Source: Azolla caroliniana (lineage: Eukaryota; Plantae; Polypodiophyta). From it: 64,000 bases of DNA. This document shows positions 45,850-58,642 of the stretch, one piece after another (position 1 is the first letter of the stretch; the number at the start of each line of letters is the position of its first letter). Both the position numbers and the translations under genes were made by a program. The notes under the pieces were generated by a model. It saw only the letters and a program-made list of their open reading frames with translations. It searched no databases and was not told the origin of the DNA. The DNA is taken from contig JBHGNT010000022.1 of the NCBI GenBank assembly GCA_043228905.1, positions 2,542,001 through 2,606,000 on the forward strand, given 5' to 3'.

Positions 45850-48800
45850 GTTCTCTGTTTTACGCTTCCGCAAACACTTACGTTTACATGGTATCAGAGC
45901 GCGAGGGTTGAGAACCTCTGCTGCAGACATTTACTCTTGAGAAGGAAACCCTAACAGGTCGAGAACAGACACAGTAGAAGACATGGATAGAGGCATGGCT
46001 ACGTCGCTCCCAGTGGAGAAGCTCGACAAGAGCAACTACGCATCCTGGTCTTACAAGATGCACCAGTACCTGCTTGGACACGAGTACTGGAGTTATGTCG
46101 AAGGAGCGAATGATGCGGCACCAGACTTGGCACACAAGGACTTCCCGATATGGGAACAGGCGGCAAGCAGGGTGATGTACTGCTTCGCGTCCAGTGTCGG
46201 CGATCAGCTGCTCAGGCACATCCGTGACGCCAAGACACCGAACGATGCTTGGGGGAACCTGAAAAAGGTTTTCGCCGCAAGCACCACTGCCCGGAAGCTG
46301 CAACTCAGACAGGAGTTGAGCAATGTTCGACAAAAGAACATGTCCGTGGCAGACTACACGGGCCGGATAAAGGAGATCTGCGACTCGCTCGCCTCTATCA
46401 ATGTTACCGTAGAGGAAGACGAGATGGTGTAGGTATGTCTCGGAGGCCTGGCGTCCAAGTTCAGAGCGTTCCGGACTGCGGTGTGTACAAGGGAGAATAC
46501 TCCCTCATTCTTCGACTTACAGTCGATGCTCCTTGTAGAGAACCACGCCAGTGCATCTACAAGTGCATCCCCGGACAGCCAAATGTTGTACACGGGAACG
46601 GATCGGCACGGTGGGCGTGGTGGAAGAGGTGGGTCGGCACGCAATGGAGGCGGCCGGCAAGAGCAGGAACGGAGGCACTATGAGTGTGCCGACAGCAGTT
46701 CCGGGACTTCCACAAGCAAGGGGAGTCAAGGCGGTGCCGGAGGCCGGCAAGACAAATCCGCTACGGAATGCTGGTACTGTGGCAAAAAAGGCCATAGGGA
46801 AAGCGAGTGCTGGAGAAAGCGTACCGATTCGGACAAATCCGGATCCGGCAAGACCGGTAAGGATGGCCGGCAAAACTCGCACTACGCAAACGGATTAGGA
46901 GGATCCGGAACTGGAAAGGCCGGTAAGGGGCCAGCCTTGGTGATGAATCACAAGGCAAACTCAATGAAGAAGACCACTTCCAAAATGGAGGAAGTGTGGT
47001 ATGTTGATTTTGGCGCGTCAAACCACATGACGAGCCACAAAGAGTGGTTCTCCTTTCTGGAGAAACCGGATCAACCAGGAGTAGTCGAAACCGGAGACGA
47101 CACTCCTCACCCAATTGTGCACGTCGGAGAAGTCCCTCTAAGCCACGTCGGACAGAAAGGGAAGCTGATGAACGTATTACACGTTCCGACAATCACGAAG
47201 AACCTGGTGTCCGTCGGTCAGATTGTCGACCAGGGGATGCAGGTGCGGTTTACGCACCTCGGGTGCTTCATTGAGGATGAGGGCGAAGTCATTGCGCAAG
47301 GGCGCAGAGACGGGAGGATGTTTATCCTCGACACCAATGACGTTGGCACCGCTCTGTTCGCGAAACGACAGAAGGTCGAGTCGGACATCGACCTGTGGCA
47401 CAAGCAGATAGGCCACGTCAACTACCGGAGGCTTCAAGATCTGCAAACAAAACAAGTCGTTTTCGGTTTGCCGAAGTTCAGCGGCCGAAGAGCCGAAATT
47501 TGTGAAGCATGCCAACTTGGGAAGCAACACCGGCTTCCATTCCCCACCGAACGGAACCGGAGCCGTAACAAGCTCGATCTCATCCATTCGGATGTGTGGG
47601 GACCGGCACAAAGTGTAAGCCTTGGCGGGAGCCGATACTTCGTCTCCTTCATCGACGACTATACTCGGCATACTTGGATCTACCTCATTGAGCGGAAGAG
47701 CGAAGTCTTCAACTGTTTCCGGAGCCTCCAGAAGATGGTGGAACGGGAATCAAAGAGGAAGATCAAATGCCTTCGGTCGGATGGCGGAAAGGAATATTTT
47801 TCCGGCCAATTCACTAGTTATCTGCAGCAGAAGGGAATTCGGCGAGAGTTCAGCTGCAGATACACACCGGAGCAAAACAGTGTGGCCGAAAGGAAGAATC
47901 GGACACTCGTCGAAGCGGCAAGGACAATGCTAGAGGAGAAGAGCATGCCCCGGTTCTACTGGGCGGAGGCGGTCCGGACGGCCGTCTACATACAAAACCG
48001 CATTGGTGACAAGGTGTCAGCTCATGAGCTGTATTTTGGGCGCAAGCCGAACTTGAGACACCTTCGGATATTCGGCAGCATAGCGTATGTGCATGTGCCA
48101 GATCAGAAGCGGAGAAAGTTGGATGCAAAATCGGAAAAATGCATCCTAGTCGGCTATCCTGAAGAGCAAAAGGGGTATAAGTGCTATAACCCCCGGACGA
48201 AGGAAGTCCGAGTTAGCCGGGATGTCGAGTTCGACGAATCGGCATCCTGGTACTCCGTACCGATTCCGACTTCCGATCCCGACCCAATGCCGGAAGATCA
48301 GGCCAGTGAGCCTGAATCAGCCCTAGCAGAGGATGATGAAGCCGGGACTCAAGATGAGAGTCCGGAATCGTTACGGTTGAGTGGACCGAACGAGCGACTG
48401 AGTCGGTTGGACCAGTCGGATGAAGAGACGGCAAGTGGTGGAGACTCTACCGTGCTCTCCCCGCGCAAGGAACCGAGGAAACGGTTCACGCGCAAAGAGA
48501 AGGGGAAGAGGAAGATGCCGGAAGTCGAAACCGGCATCGATGAGTCGGATCGGTGCGTATCCGACTCCGGAAAGGAGAAAGGCAGATCTTCGGCAACGAA
48601 GACCGAACTGGCCAAGAAGGGCCTCACATCAGGTGACAGTGCGTTGCGCCGATCAACCCGTCAGAAGGATCCTGTCGTGCGGTACGGGTACAATGAATAC
48701 ATGGCGCATCATTATGCGTACATGACTAAGGTGACAGAAGTGCGCGAGCCGAAGAGCTACGCAGAAGCGGCAAAGGACGCAAACTGGCGTGCCGCTATGG

Positions 48801-51348
48801 ACGAAGAAATGCGGGCACTCGATGCCAACGAAACTTGGGACCTAGTTGATCCTCCCCGTCACTGTAAACCGATCGGATGCAAGTGGGTGTACAAGGTCAA
48901 GTACAACGCCGACGGTTCTGTTAACCGGTACAAAGCCCGGTTAGTGGCGAAGGGATACGCACAGACCCACGGAATCGACTACGATGAGACCTTCGCTCCT
49001 GTGGCGAAGATGACGACGGTTCGTGTGGTACTGGCGGTTGCTGCGGCAAGGGGGTGGCATCTTCACCAGATGGATGTGAAGAACGCCTTCCTTCAAGGAG
49101 AGCTTGAAGAAGAAGTCTTTATGACTCAGCCCCCCAGATTTCACTCGGAGATGAACAAGTCGGCGGTATGCCGACTGAAGAAGTCGCTTTACGGCTTGAA
49201 GCAAGCCCCCCGAGCCTGGAACGCGAAGATCACGCACCGGTTGCGTAAGCTGGGGTTTGCTGTCTCTAAGTCGGACTCTTCGTTGTTCATCCGGCAAGGC
49301 TCTGACGGTCCGGTATGTATACTCTTGTATGTGGATGATTTAGTCATCACCGGATCGGGTCTTCCCGAAATCGACCGCGTCAAGTCCCAGTTGTCGGACG
49401 CATTCGAAATGAAGAACCTGGGGGACCTTCATTATTTTCTTGGGATCGAAGTGATCCGGAGCCCCGACGGCATATTGCTCTCACAACGACATTACGTGTT
49501 GAATATGTTGTATAAGTTCGGCATGACGGATTGCCGACCTGTCTCCACACCCCTGGACCGAAACCAGAAGCTCCGTCCCAACTCCGAACCGGCCTGCAAT
49601 GAGAAACGGTTCCAACAAGTTGTCGGAAGCCTAATCTACTTAACCATCACCCGACCCGACATCAGCTATCTGGTCGGGATGGTAAATCAGTTCATGCAGA
49701 AGTCGACCCTGGAGCACCTTCAGTGCGCGCAAAGAATATTACGGTATGTCAGCGGCACTAAGGACCGGGGACTGCTATACCGGCGAGGTATACCCGAAGA
49801 GCTTGTCGGTTACACCGATGCTGACTGGGCCGGCGATGCGTCTGATCGCCGCTCCACTTCCGGATACATGTTCTCCATAGGTAGCACGGCCGTTGCGTGG
49901 AGCAGCAAGAAGCAGCCCACAGTGGCTTTGTCAAGCACTGAGGCTGAGTACCGGGCCGCTACCGTTGCCACTTGTGAAGCCATCTGGCTTCGGCGACTGC
50001 TGCGAGACTTGCGGATCGAGGTGCCGACCCCGATCCCGATTTACTGCGATAACATGAGCAGCCTGCAGCTCGCCAGGAACCCTGTGTTCCATGCTCGCAC
50101 AAAGCACATCGAGGTGCACTACCACTTCGTGCGTGAGCGGGTCCTGAGCGGTGAAGTTGACCTACGGTATGTTCATACGGATCGGTAAATTGCCGACATC
50201 TTCACCAAGACGCTCGGATCGGACAAGTTGCAGCACTTTACCGACATGCTTGGTATTCAGCATCTCGACGTGCCGCACTTGAGGGGGAGAAGCAAGGGCA
50301 AAGTCTCTACCGAAACGGGCAAAGGCCAAAAACCTGTTGAACCCGTCGGTAAGAGGAGAGCCGGAAGAAGAGGAGACAAGAAGCTGAAGGAAGCCGAGTC
50401 GACGAAGGAAGTGGACACATCCGAACATGTCGGAGGAAGCGGTTGTGAAGAAGAGATGTGCACTCAGGAAGAGAAGCGCATGTTGTGCGGGGGTCATCAC
50501 GATGGTACTGACCATGATACAGAGTCGAATGAAGAATTCGATTTCGGTTCACCGGCTGAAGAAGCGGAGGGAAGCATGGAGAAGGCCAAGACTCGGAAGT
50601 GGTCCGATGTGGTGAGAGGCCTGACGCCGGAAGTCGAATCGGGGTGTACCGATTCGGACAAGAGCTGGAACGAGTCGGAGACAGCTGACTCGGATCAACA
50701 GATGGATCCGGATGAGACGGATCGACTGAAGGCCAAGGGGACACGGACACAGCGGAAGTCGATGCCATCGTGGGAGAACCGACGGATCGGCAAGCGCCGG
50801 AGTCACAGCAACATGACTGCTGAGATGGGCCTATTGAGCAGACATACCGACCGAGAGGGTCGAGGCGCGCAGAACCAAAGGGGTCGCGGCAAACGGGACC
50901 AGACCGGACGAGGAGCGCGAGCAAGGCGGAGTGACGCCAAGAGAAGTCGGTTGGAAGAACCGACTGCCACAGAGGTCGACACTACAACCCCACCTCAGGT
51001 TGAGCTTGAGGGGGAGTGTTGAGCGGCAAGCTCAACCGGAGCCGGATCGGCTGAATAAGCCGGAGCCGGTAAGCGAGACGGATCGGGCGAAACGGATCGG
51101 TATGACGGTGAGCAACTGAACCGGCAAGCAGTGGAGGCCGGGTGCAATCCGTAACCGGTAGTCCAATCGGAAGCCTAGAACAGGATAGACTACTAGGTAT
51201 CTATAGTCTCGTAGTAAGTGTCAGATGCTCGTGTGAGCATTGAAGTACATGGTACTTCTGTCAGTCCCAAGAGGACTTGTATAAATAGTGCTACTTAGCA
51301 CAATGTGTATGTGTGGTGTCTTTATATAATTTTGAAAAATTACGTTCT

Positions 51349-51388
<40 letters not shown>

Positions 51389-51427
51389 GTTCTCTGTTTT
51401 ACGCTTCCGCAAACACTTACGTTTACA
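45484..51427 (+). mobile_element. Element G: full-length Ty1/Copia
   Basis: LTRs 45484-45888 and 51017-51427 (~10 substitutions, essentially transitions), TSD ACAAT, PBS TGGTATCAGAGC 45889-45900, PPT GAGGGGGAG 51008-51016. Confidence 0.97.
45983..51022 (+). pseudogene. Copia gag-pol of G with a C-terminal extension; two premature stops
   Basis: Three ORFs in one frame, broken by TAG 46430 and TAA 50186; CWYCGKKGHRESEC, VDFGAS (altered DSG), HSDVWGP, YKARLVAKG, LYVDDL, YTDADWAG, (Q)IADIFTK. Confidence 0.93.
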
Positions 51428-53012
51428 ACAATCATTATCCAACTTCCTTGGGTTCGTGTTCAGTTGTCTCTTCTTTCCCTCCAACACTACCACCCACACT
51501 GCCAACCACTTGCCATTGTCAGACAAAGCACTTAGGGTGCCCCACAAGCGATGCTCATTAGTTGTGCGCCTCCCATGGATAATTTGTGCATAACCCTAAA
51601 CCCGAAATGAACCAGACTAGACCATCTCTTCCTCGTTCAACCTATCTAAACCATCAACAACCTTATCTATTAGTTTGGCACCTTTTCTAGCCTTCCAGTA
51701 AACATAATGCTACCAATTTGACCCTCCCTCCTCTTCATTCTGGAAACCTCCAAGTCTCTTACCGAACTAACATTGTACTCTAACGTACATTGATCGCAAG
51801 AGTCTTTCCAAGCATCTTGTCGAAATGGCAAAATGTCTTCGGTTAAAAGTTCCATTAGTAGGTCATTTGGTAGTATTGAAATACTCATGACCCAAATATT
51901 GATGTCACTAACAAGCGCCATTTGTAATGAATTTATAATTTTTGTGAGGTTTCTACATTGGAAAGATTTGCATAAAAGTTGTTCAAAAACTTTTATAATT
52001 TCCACTTCATTTGTTTAGCTATATAAAAATGTCTCACAAAAATGTAAAGCATTTACATGGCAAGGTTACAATCTAAGCCATAGCAGTATTTCTAATTTTA
52101 CAATTATATAAGATCAAAATTATGAGACCTAGTACATTGGGAAAAGATTACAACATTGAGACAAACTCAAATTACTTGGTGCAAAAATCGTGGGAGCTCG
52201 ATTGTGCACAACTTTCCATTCCATTCCATTCCATTCACCAACATTGAAACTCATGAGATTTCATAACTCGTAGGTACTCTTATCATTCCAGCATACTCGA
52301 CCATGTTTTAATCAACTCTCCTAAAGTAGTGAATCGCGATCCAATTTCATAAATGTGCTATTTTATTTGTATTTAGAAAATATACTTTGTGTCTTAGGGT
52401 TAAATATCCATGAGCAACTTAATCCCAAAGCTTAAGGACACATTGTCCAGTGTAATGGGAAAGTAATTTGTTTTGGTTTCCAAAGTATAAACCATTATTG
52501 AGTATTACCCTAAGAGTGCATTAGGAATTCGAGAGCATGGAAAGAGCAAATAATACCTTCTTTGATAGATTCATTTTTGTTAAAGGTATTATCTAACAAA
52601 ATACTTTATGCATGAAAAGAAAGAGGAAATCGAGGCAACTTTAGTTGACTTACAATAATGTGTAAGGGATATTTATAGTTGATAGAGTGGGGTCATTAAT
52701 GATGATTGTTTATTGTCAATGGGCCCAACATTAAAGAAGTTAATAACCTCATTTGTCAATTCCAAAGCCTTTGTGAATGCTAAAATAGCTTGAATATTAA
52801 ATATGTTATTATTATATGATATATCATCGAAAAAGGGCTACATACCAAGCATGTTCATACACGAACTTTAAAAAATGGTGATCTCACATTATCTTCTAGA
52901 TTCATGAATAGGAAATTCATCCTAGTAGGATACTTATATTTTCCCAATGTTTCATGGAGTCTTATAAAAGGGCCATTAAATAATTCAGTGAGATGGGGTT
53001 TATGTTTGCTAT

Positions 53013-53296
53013 TAGGAATTAACAACTAAACATTTAAACCGTTTTAAACGGTTTGACGGTTTGTTTTGGTTCGGTTTAGGCTTGAGCTTCCTTAATTTAT
53101 TTGAGCTTGGTTTGGGATGGCTCAAGTGGAACTAAACTGGTTTCCAATACGGTTAAGGCTTAATTGGCTTGACTTAAATGATTCCTAAACCGGTTCAGTT
53201 CAAGTTTGGAAACTCCCAAATAGGTTAAAGCTTAACCAGTTTGATTTGGACAAGGTCAAACTGGTTAAGTTGAAACTGAACCATTGTCAATTTATG
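53013..53296. mobile_element. Degenerate hAT-like MITE
   Basis: AACCG/CGGTT subterminal repeats; flanking direct repeat TTTGCTAT (8 bp, within a 14-bp direct repeat); weak TIRs. Confidence 0.5.
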
Positions 53297-53655
53297 TTTG
53301 CTATGACAAATGGAACATAAAAAAAACAAAGAGGAAATATTTGTTGACAATGAGTTTTAATCATTTTGAAATTTTTGTTGTACATTTTGTGTTTTTTCTA
53401 ATGTTTACGTCATTTGGAGTTTTCTTACATGTAGGATAGATATTGAAAGCACTAGTACATTAAGTGTGGTTTTTTAAAAGAAGAGGAAGTTGGTAGAGTA
53501 ACATTAAGATATAGTACAAATCATGAGATATGCATTACCCAAATGTTAAAATACACATATGAAAACAACCTTGGAGCTAGGAAGTATGAAGGTTTTGTTT
53601 ACAAGCAACGTTGTGTTATAAACCAAAAGTATGGGTTCAATGGGCTTAGAAAATA

Positions 53656-53937
53656 GGGAAAAGTACCAGGATGCCCTTGCAAGTTCCAAATTTCCAAACT
53701 ACCCCTATGTCCAAAAAATTACACTTTATAAAGTAATTATACTCTCAAATCTACAAGCCCTATTTACCAAAGATGGAAGAAATGGACCCAAACTAGCCCT
53801 ATTTACCAAAGATTTGAGTGTATAATTACTTTATAAAGTGTAATTTTTTGGACATAGGGGTAGTTTGGTAAATTTGGAACTTCCAGGGACATTCTGGTAA
53901 ATAGACGAACTTCCAGGGGCATCCTGGTACTTTTCCC
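53656..53937. mobile_element. Foldback MITE (Mutator-like)
   Basis: TIR GGGAAAAGTACCAGGATGCCC; inverted arms of ~100 bp; 9-bp flanks TAGAAAATA/TATATAATA (7/9 match). Confidence 0.8.
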
Positions 53938-54326
53938 TATATAATATTCCTTGAATGGAGATGAAATACCCTTCTTATATTTATAATACAAGAGACATTA
54001 CACACACATGTAGCAAAGATTTAACTCTTTGAGTAATACAACAGTTTAATTCCTCAAGATCCATTCAATTTTTAGTTTGCTCAGTTGTTGTGGACACAAA
54101 CCATGCATTGGTCATCATCATACATTACGTTAAATGCTATGATCAGTATTCTTGTGTAATTATGTCATGGGACCCATATATATTTTTGTTTTCTAGTTCA
54201 TCCTTAGCATGATTTACCATGCATTGAGGCCATCAACACATGAACGATTGAAAGACAAATAAAATATTGGCAAGAGGAAAATATTTGTGAAAAGAGAAAG
54301 TAAATAGTAGACAGAATCATTGTAAT

Positions 54327-54788
54327 TAACAATCGGCAATGGTTCGGTTCGGTTCGGTTTGAGAGGGTCCAAACCGAACCGTTTAATTTTTTTGAAACCT
54401 AAACCAAACCACGAAACCGTTAAACCAAACCATGAAACATTTTCCAAACCGTAAAAACCTCAGTTTCGTGGTTCGGTTTCGGTTTTCAACATAAGTCAAA
54501 TTTTTTATTTTTTATTTTTAATTGTTTAAAATTTATAAGATTTCATTTTTAAAATTTTTTACAATTTTTAAGATGTTCCTAAAATATGAGAATAAGGTCT
54601 AAAAATGAAAATATTGTTTAAAAACAATTTTTAGATTTTTTTTTTTTTAAATTTACAATTTTTAAAATTTTTAAAAATTACATTTTTTTTAACCTTTAAA
54701 CCGAGGTTTTGACTGTTGAAACCGTTAAGCCGTTAAGCCGTGGTTTCACGGTTCGGTTCGGTTCAAACCAAACCGTTGCCAATTGTTA
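54327..54788. mobile_element. hAT-type MITE
   Basis: TIR TAACAATCGGCAA/TTGCCAATTGTTA, perfect 8-bp TSD ATTGTAAT, many AACCG repeats. Confidence 0.88.
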
Positions 54789-57167
54789 ATTGTAATTCAT
54801 TTCCCATCTAGTTTGAATACCAAATCAATGGATTCCTTATCGTTACACTCTAAAATTGATCCATAGAACGCAAAGAAAATCAAGGTTTACATTGATTGTA
54901 TTTGAATATAAAAAAAGAATAGATCATCTTTAAGTTTCAATAATGACCTTTGGTTAAGCAGTAAATTACAAGGGCCATAACTTTGAAATAATATATCATA
55001 TCTAAAAGCATACTACATGATAAGCACTTCTCATTAAAATGTGGCTTTACAATTTGACGATTCACAACCTATGGGTTGCAAACGTTCACTCATCATTGAT
55101 TTCCTTCGGCATTAGGGATTAATTGATGTGCATTACCTAGATTTTGCATTTTTGGATGCAATAGAGATTGTTTTATCTTTAAGTAGCTCGTAGAACTCGA
55201 CAAAGTTTTAGGAGAAGTTTATGAAGAGATGTGGACAAGAAAGTGATAAGAACAAATTAAGAGTAATGCTATATGAAGAAGCATTAAGATGTAATGCACA
55301 TTAGAAATAATTTTCTAATTATTATTGGAGGTTCTATAATCCTCAATGGAGAGCATATTTTACGCCTATGTCTTTTTTATTGATCGTTGTGTTACATTTG
55401 TAATAGTTCATTGATCGCACCAAGAAAGTGTGAACCAAAAGTACCTTAAGAGTGTTCTTTTATAACTCATTCATGTGCATCAATGATTTTTGTAATATCA
55501 TTCTAAAATTATCATAGGTCTTATTCTCCATCTTCTTGACCTATGTCTTGATCCTCGGATTCAAGTTCCTAATTGGAAAATTATAAATTTGCCCACAATT
55601 GGTATGTTCGTTGGGGATTAATGTGGTTATACTCCTCTAATCATTTCTTGGTTACTCCTTTGATTGAATGCTAATGTGGTCTATTTTAAATGTCCTTATC
55701 CCTTATATATACTTCATGAATGGGTGGAATAACAAACAATGGCACATAGAAGGATGTTATCAAGATGTAATGTAATATAATACAACAATGGCACACACTT
55801 TGTTGGTATCATTATGTGGGTCCCAAAAGCTTACATAATTAGGTTTCAAGGGTTGCCATTTCAATTGGATGAATGGTGGATGGTAGCTATCAAATCATAT
55901 ATAATATAATAACTAAGAAATTAATTTATTAGGCATTTTATTAGTAGTCTTTTGGGGTTTAGAGATTCCAAAGGATGGCATCGATTAAGTATCAAATTTT
56001 TTTTCCCGAGAGAGAACTTCTTCCCGTGAGTTAGGTGAATCACATATGTATATGGATCAGGCTAGGTACACCTTAAGTATCATTAGATACTCTACTCTTT
56101 ACAGGTCGCTTTCATATATATTTGGTCCTCATCGTGTGACACCTTAGATAAAAAAGGGGGGGCAATCAATGTCCACATAATAGCAAACGGCTACATGAAA
56201 AAACATGTTATTTTTCAACAAGCGTCAAAACACATCTAGGAAACTTCTGAATGTAGTTCAACATTGATATCACCAAAAGAAATATAGATGATTTGCTTGT
56301 CAGGGTAAAACCAATGAGGGGGCTAGTAGCACGATTTCGAATGTCCTAATGTGAAGTCCACCAATGGTGTGATTTCCTAGAGTGAGATAAATTATGCTCG
56401 TGCAAACTCTTGAGACTTAGAATCTCCCTGAACGTTTTCGAATTGTTTATGCAAGGATACTACTAGATCAGTTCATATAACTATGATGGCATCTGCAATT
56501 TTGTGTGTTTTCCCTGAATACCATTTGAGGCATCTGTATTTCCAAATGTTCCATAGACTAATTAATGCCACAATTGAGCATGCTTCCTACAGATTTCCTG
56601 ACCTCCTAGTGGGTTTTGTGCACTATGAGGGCTAAGGAGGAGTTTTGCACTCCACACATCCATGCATTCTTTTGCAAAGGCCAACAATATAGCATAGCTA
56701 AATGAAATCGAGCTTTCCATTCCGCATAGTGCCAAAATGTGTGTAATTCTTTCCCGAATCATATTTGTACGTGTGTAGTTGCAACTCCAACAGGCACCAT
56801 TGAATCTTTTTATAGATTTTTTATTTTTGGTAGTCAAGGGCATGCCATTTGCACGTAAAACAACTATAGATATTAAATTACTAATATACAACTTGTTTTT
56901 TTATTAGTAGTCTTTGAATAAATGATTCTAAAACAATGCACTAAAACTTTAGCTTAATTTTGTTGACTTCATTAAAATGCTGAAATTTGTCGGGGTTGTA
57001 ATATGTAGTATAATTTCCAAGCCTTATGGGATCCCATCCTTAAAATTTTATTTGCTTAAAGCCCTATAGTTGACTTTTGGCCCTCAGAAGATGACGTTTT
57101 GATGCTAATAATGCAAAATTCATTGTGTTTATTAGTTTTTGAGTGGACTTTTGAGATTCTTTGTGAC

Positions 57168-57348
57168 GTACACTAAGTGAGATAGTAGTACAACGATTGA
57201 TAGAACACGTTACACACACACTCTCCCTCTTTATTTTATTTTTGATGATTGGGTACACATCCCGTTATTGTATCATTTGTCTCATGGGCCAATTTTGGTT
57301 TTAGAAGACGTGATATATCTTTCTTTCTTTATTTCTCTTTTCATGTAC
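57168..57348. promoter_or_regulatory. Cluster of four GTAC cores (candidate Cu-response elements)
   Basis: GTAC at 57168, 57188, 57253 and 57345, within 240 bp of the ZIP start codon. Confidence 0.4.
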
Positions 57349-57407
57349 TTAAATGCAAAGCCATTCATTGACAATACCAAAGAGAGAGTGAGAGTGAGAG
57401 AGACAAG

Positions 57408-58642
57408 ATGGCTTCATCCCTCACCTGCAGAGTATTTCTTTCCATCCTCTTCATCTTTAGCCTTGCAGCATTGCCCTTGTCCTTTGCTCATGGAGGATCA
57501 ACTAGTGATGGTCACGACACTTCATCCAAAAGTTTGATTCTTGTTAAAATATATTGTCTCATCATTATCTTTTTCGCAGCTTTTCTGGGAGGTATTTCCC
57601 CATGCTTTATTAAATGGGATGATGGTCTTCTTGTTTTGGGCACCCAATTTGGAGGAGGAGTCTTCTTGGGCACTGCATTAATACACTTCCTCAATGATGC
57701 CAATGTCACTTTTCAAAGCAAAACAGATAAAACGTACCCTTTTGCATTCATGTTAGCTTGTGTTGGCTACCTACTTACCATGCTTGCAGATTGTGTTGTT
57801 CAATGGGTATATCTCAAACAAGCTAATAATTCCCCTCCTCAAGTCGATGTTGAAATTCCTCCTAAAGGTAAATACAAAATATGAGAATATAAAAACTTGG
57901 CCGCATGTTTTTTTCCTTCCCCTAGCTTTTAGAACTATGTTTGACATACTTTTATATCATAAAAACCTTTAGGAGTTCGTACAATTGAAGATGAAGGTGA
58001 TCAAACATGCAAGGTAATGATCTAATGCTTCTAATGTTTTACAATCTAGGGAAGTAGAGTTGTTTAACAAGGCTAATTGTTTTGTATCATTTTGCTTCAT
58101 AGTGCGATGATGATGCTACAATCATTCCTGAAGCCAAGAATTTTGCAAAAGCTACCACTATAAGCACATCATCAATTACAGATACAATCCTCCTGATCTT
58201 AGCACTTTGCTTTCATTCCATTTTCGAGGGGATGGCCATTGGTGTAGCGGAAAATGCCAATGATGCATGGAGAGCATTGTGGACCATTTCCCTTCATAAA
58301 GTTTTTGCTGCCATAGCAATGGGAATTGCATTGCTTCGAATGCTTCCTGCTCGCCCTCTTCGTCGATGTGCAATCTACTCGTTTTTATTTGGTATATCAA
58401 GTCCTATTGGAGTTGCTATTGGTCTCACAATAAATACAACAACAGAGGGTGCTATTGCAGATTGGATCTATGCCATATCCATGGGAATTGCTTGTGGTGT
58501 CTTCATCTATGTTGCCATCAACCATTTGCTTGTCAAAGGGTATGTCCCACAATGTAAAATCAAAGTGGACACTCCATTCTATAAATTTCTAGCCTCATCA
58601 CTTGGAGTGGGTATCCTAGCTGTTGTCATGATATGGGATTAA
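57408..58642 (+). CDS. ZIP-family metal transporter, ZIP2/ZIP11-like (exons 57408-57867, 57973-58013, 58103-58642; 346 aa)
   Basis: Signal peptide then HGG; [11 protein letters not shown]; [18 protein letters not shown]; [14 protein letters not shown]; [15 protein letters not shown]; ends VVMIWD; GT-AG introns keep the frame. Confidence 0.95.

Noticed and set aside
56955-56975. Zinc-deficiency response element upstream of the ZIP gene
   Set aside because: TTGTTGACTT deviates at several positions from RTGTCGACAY
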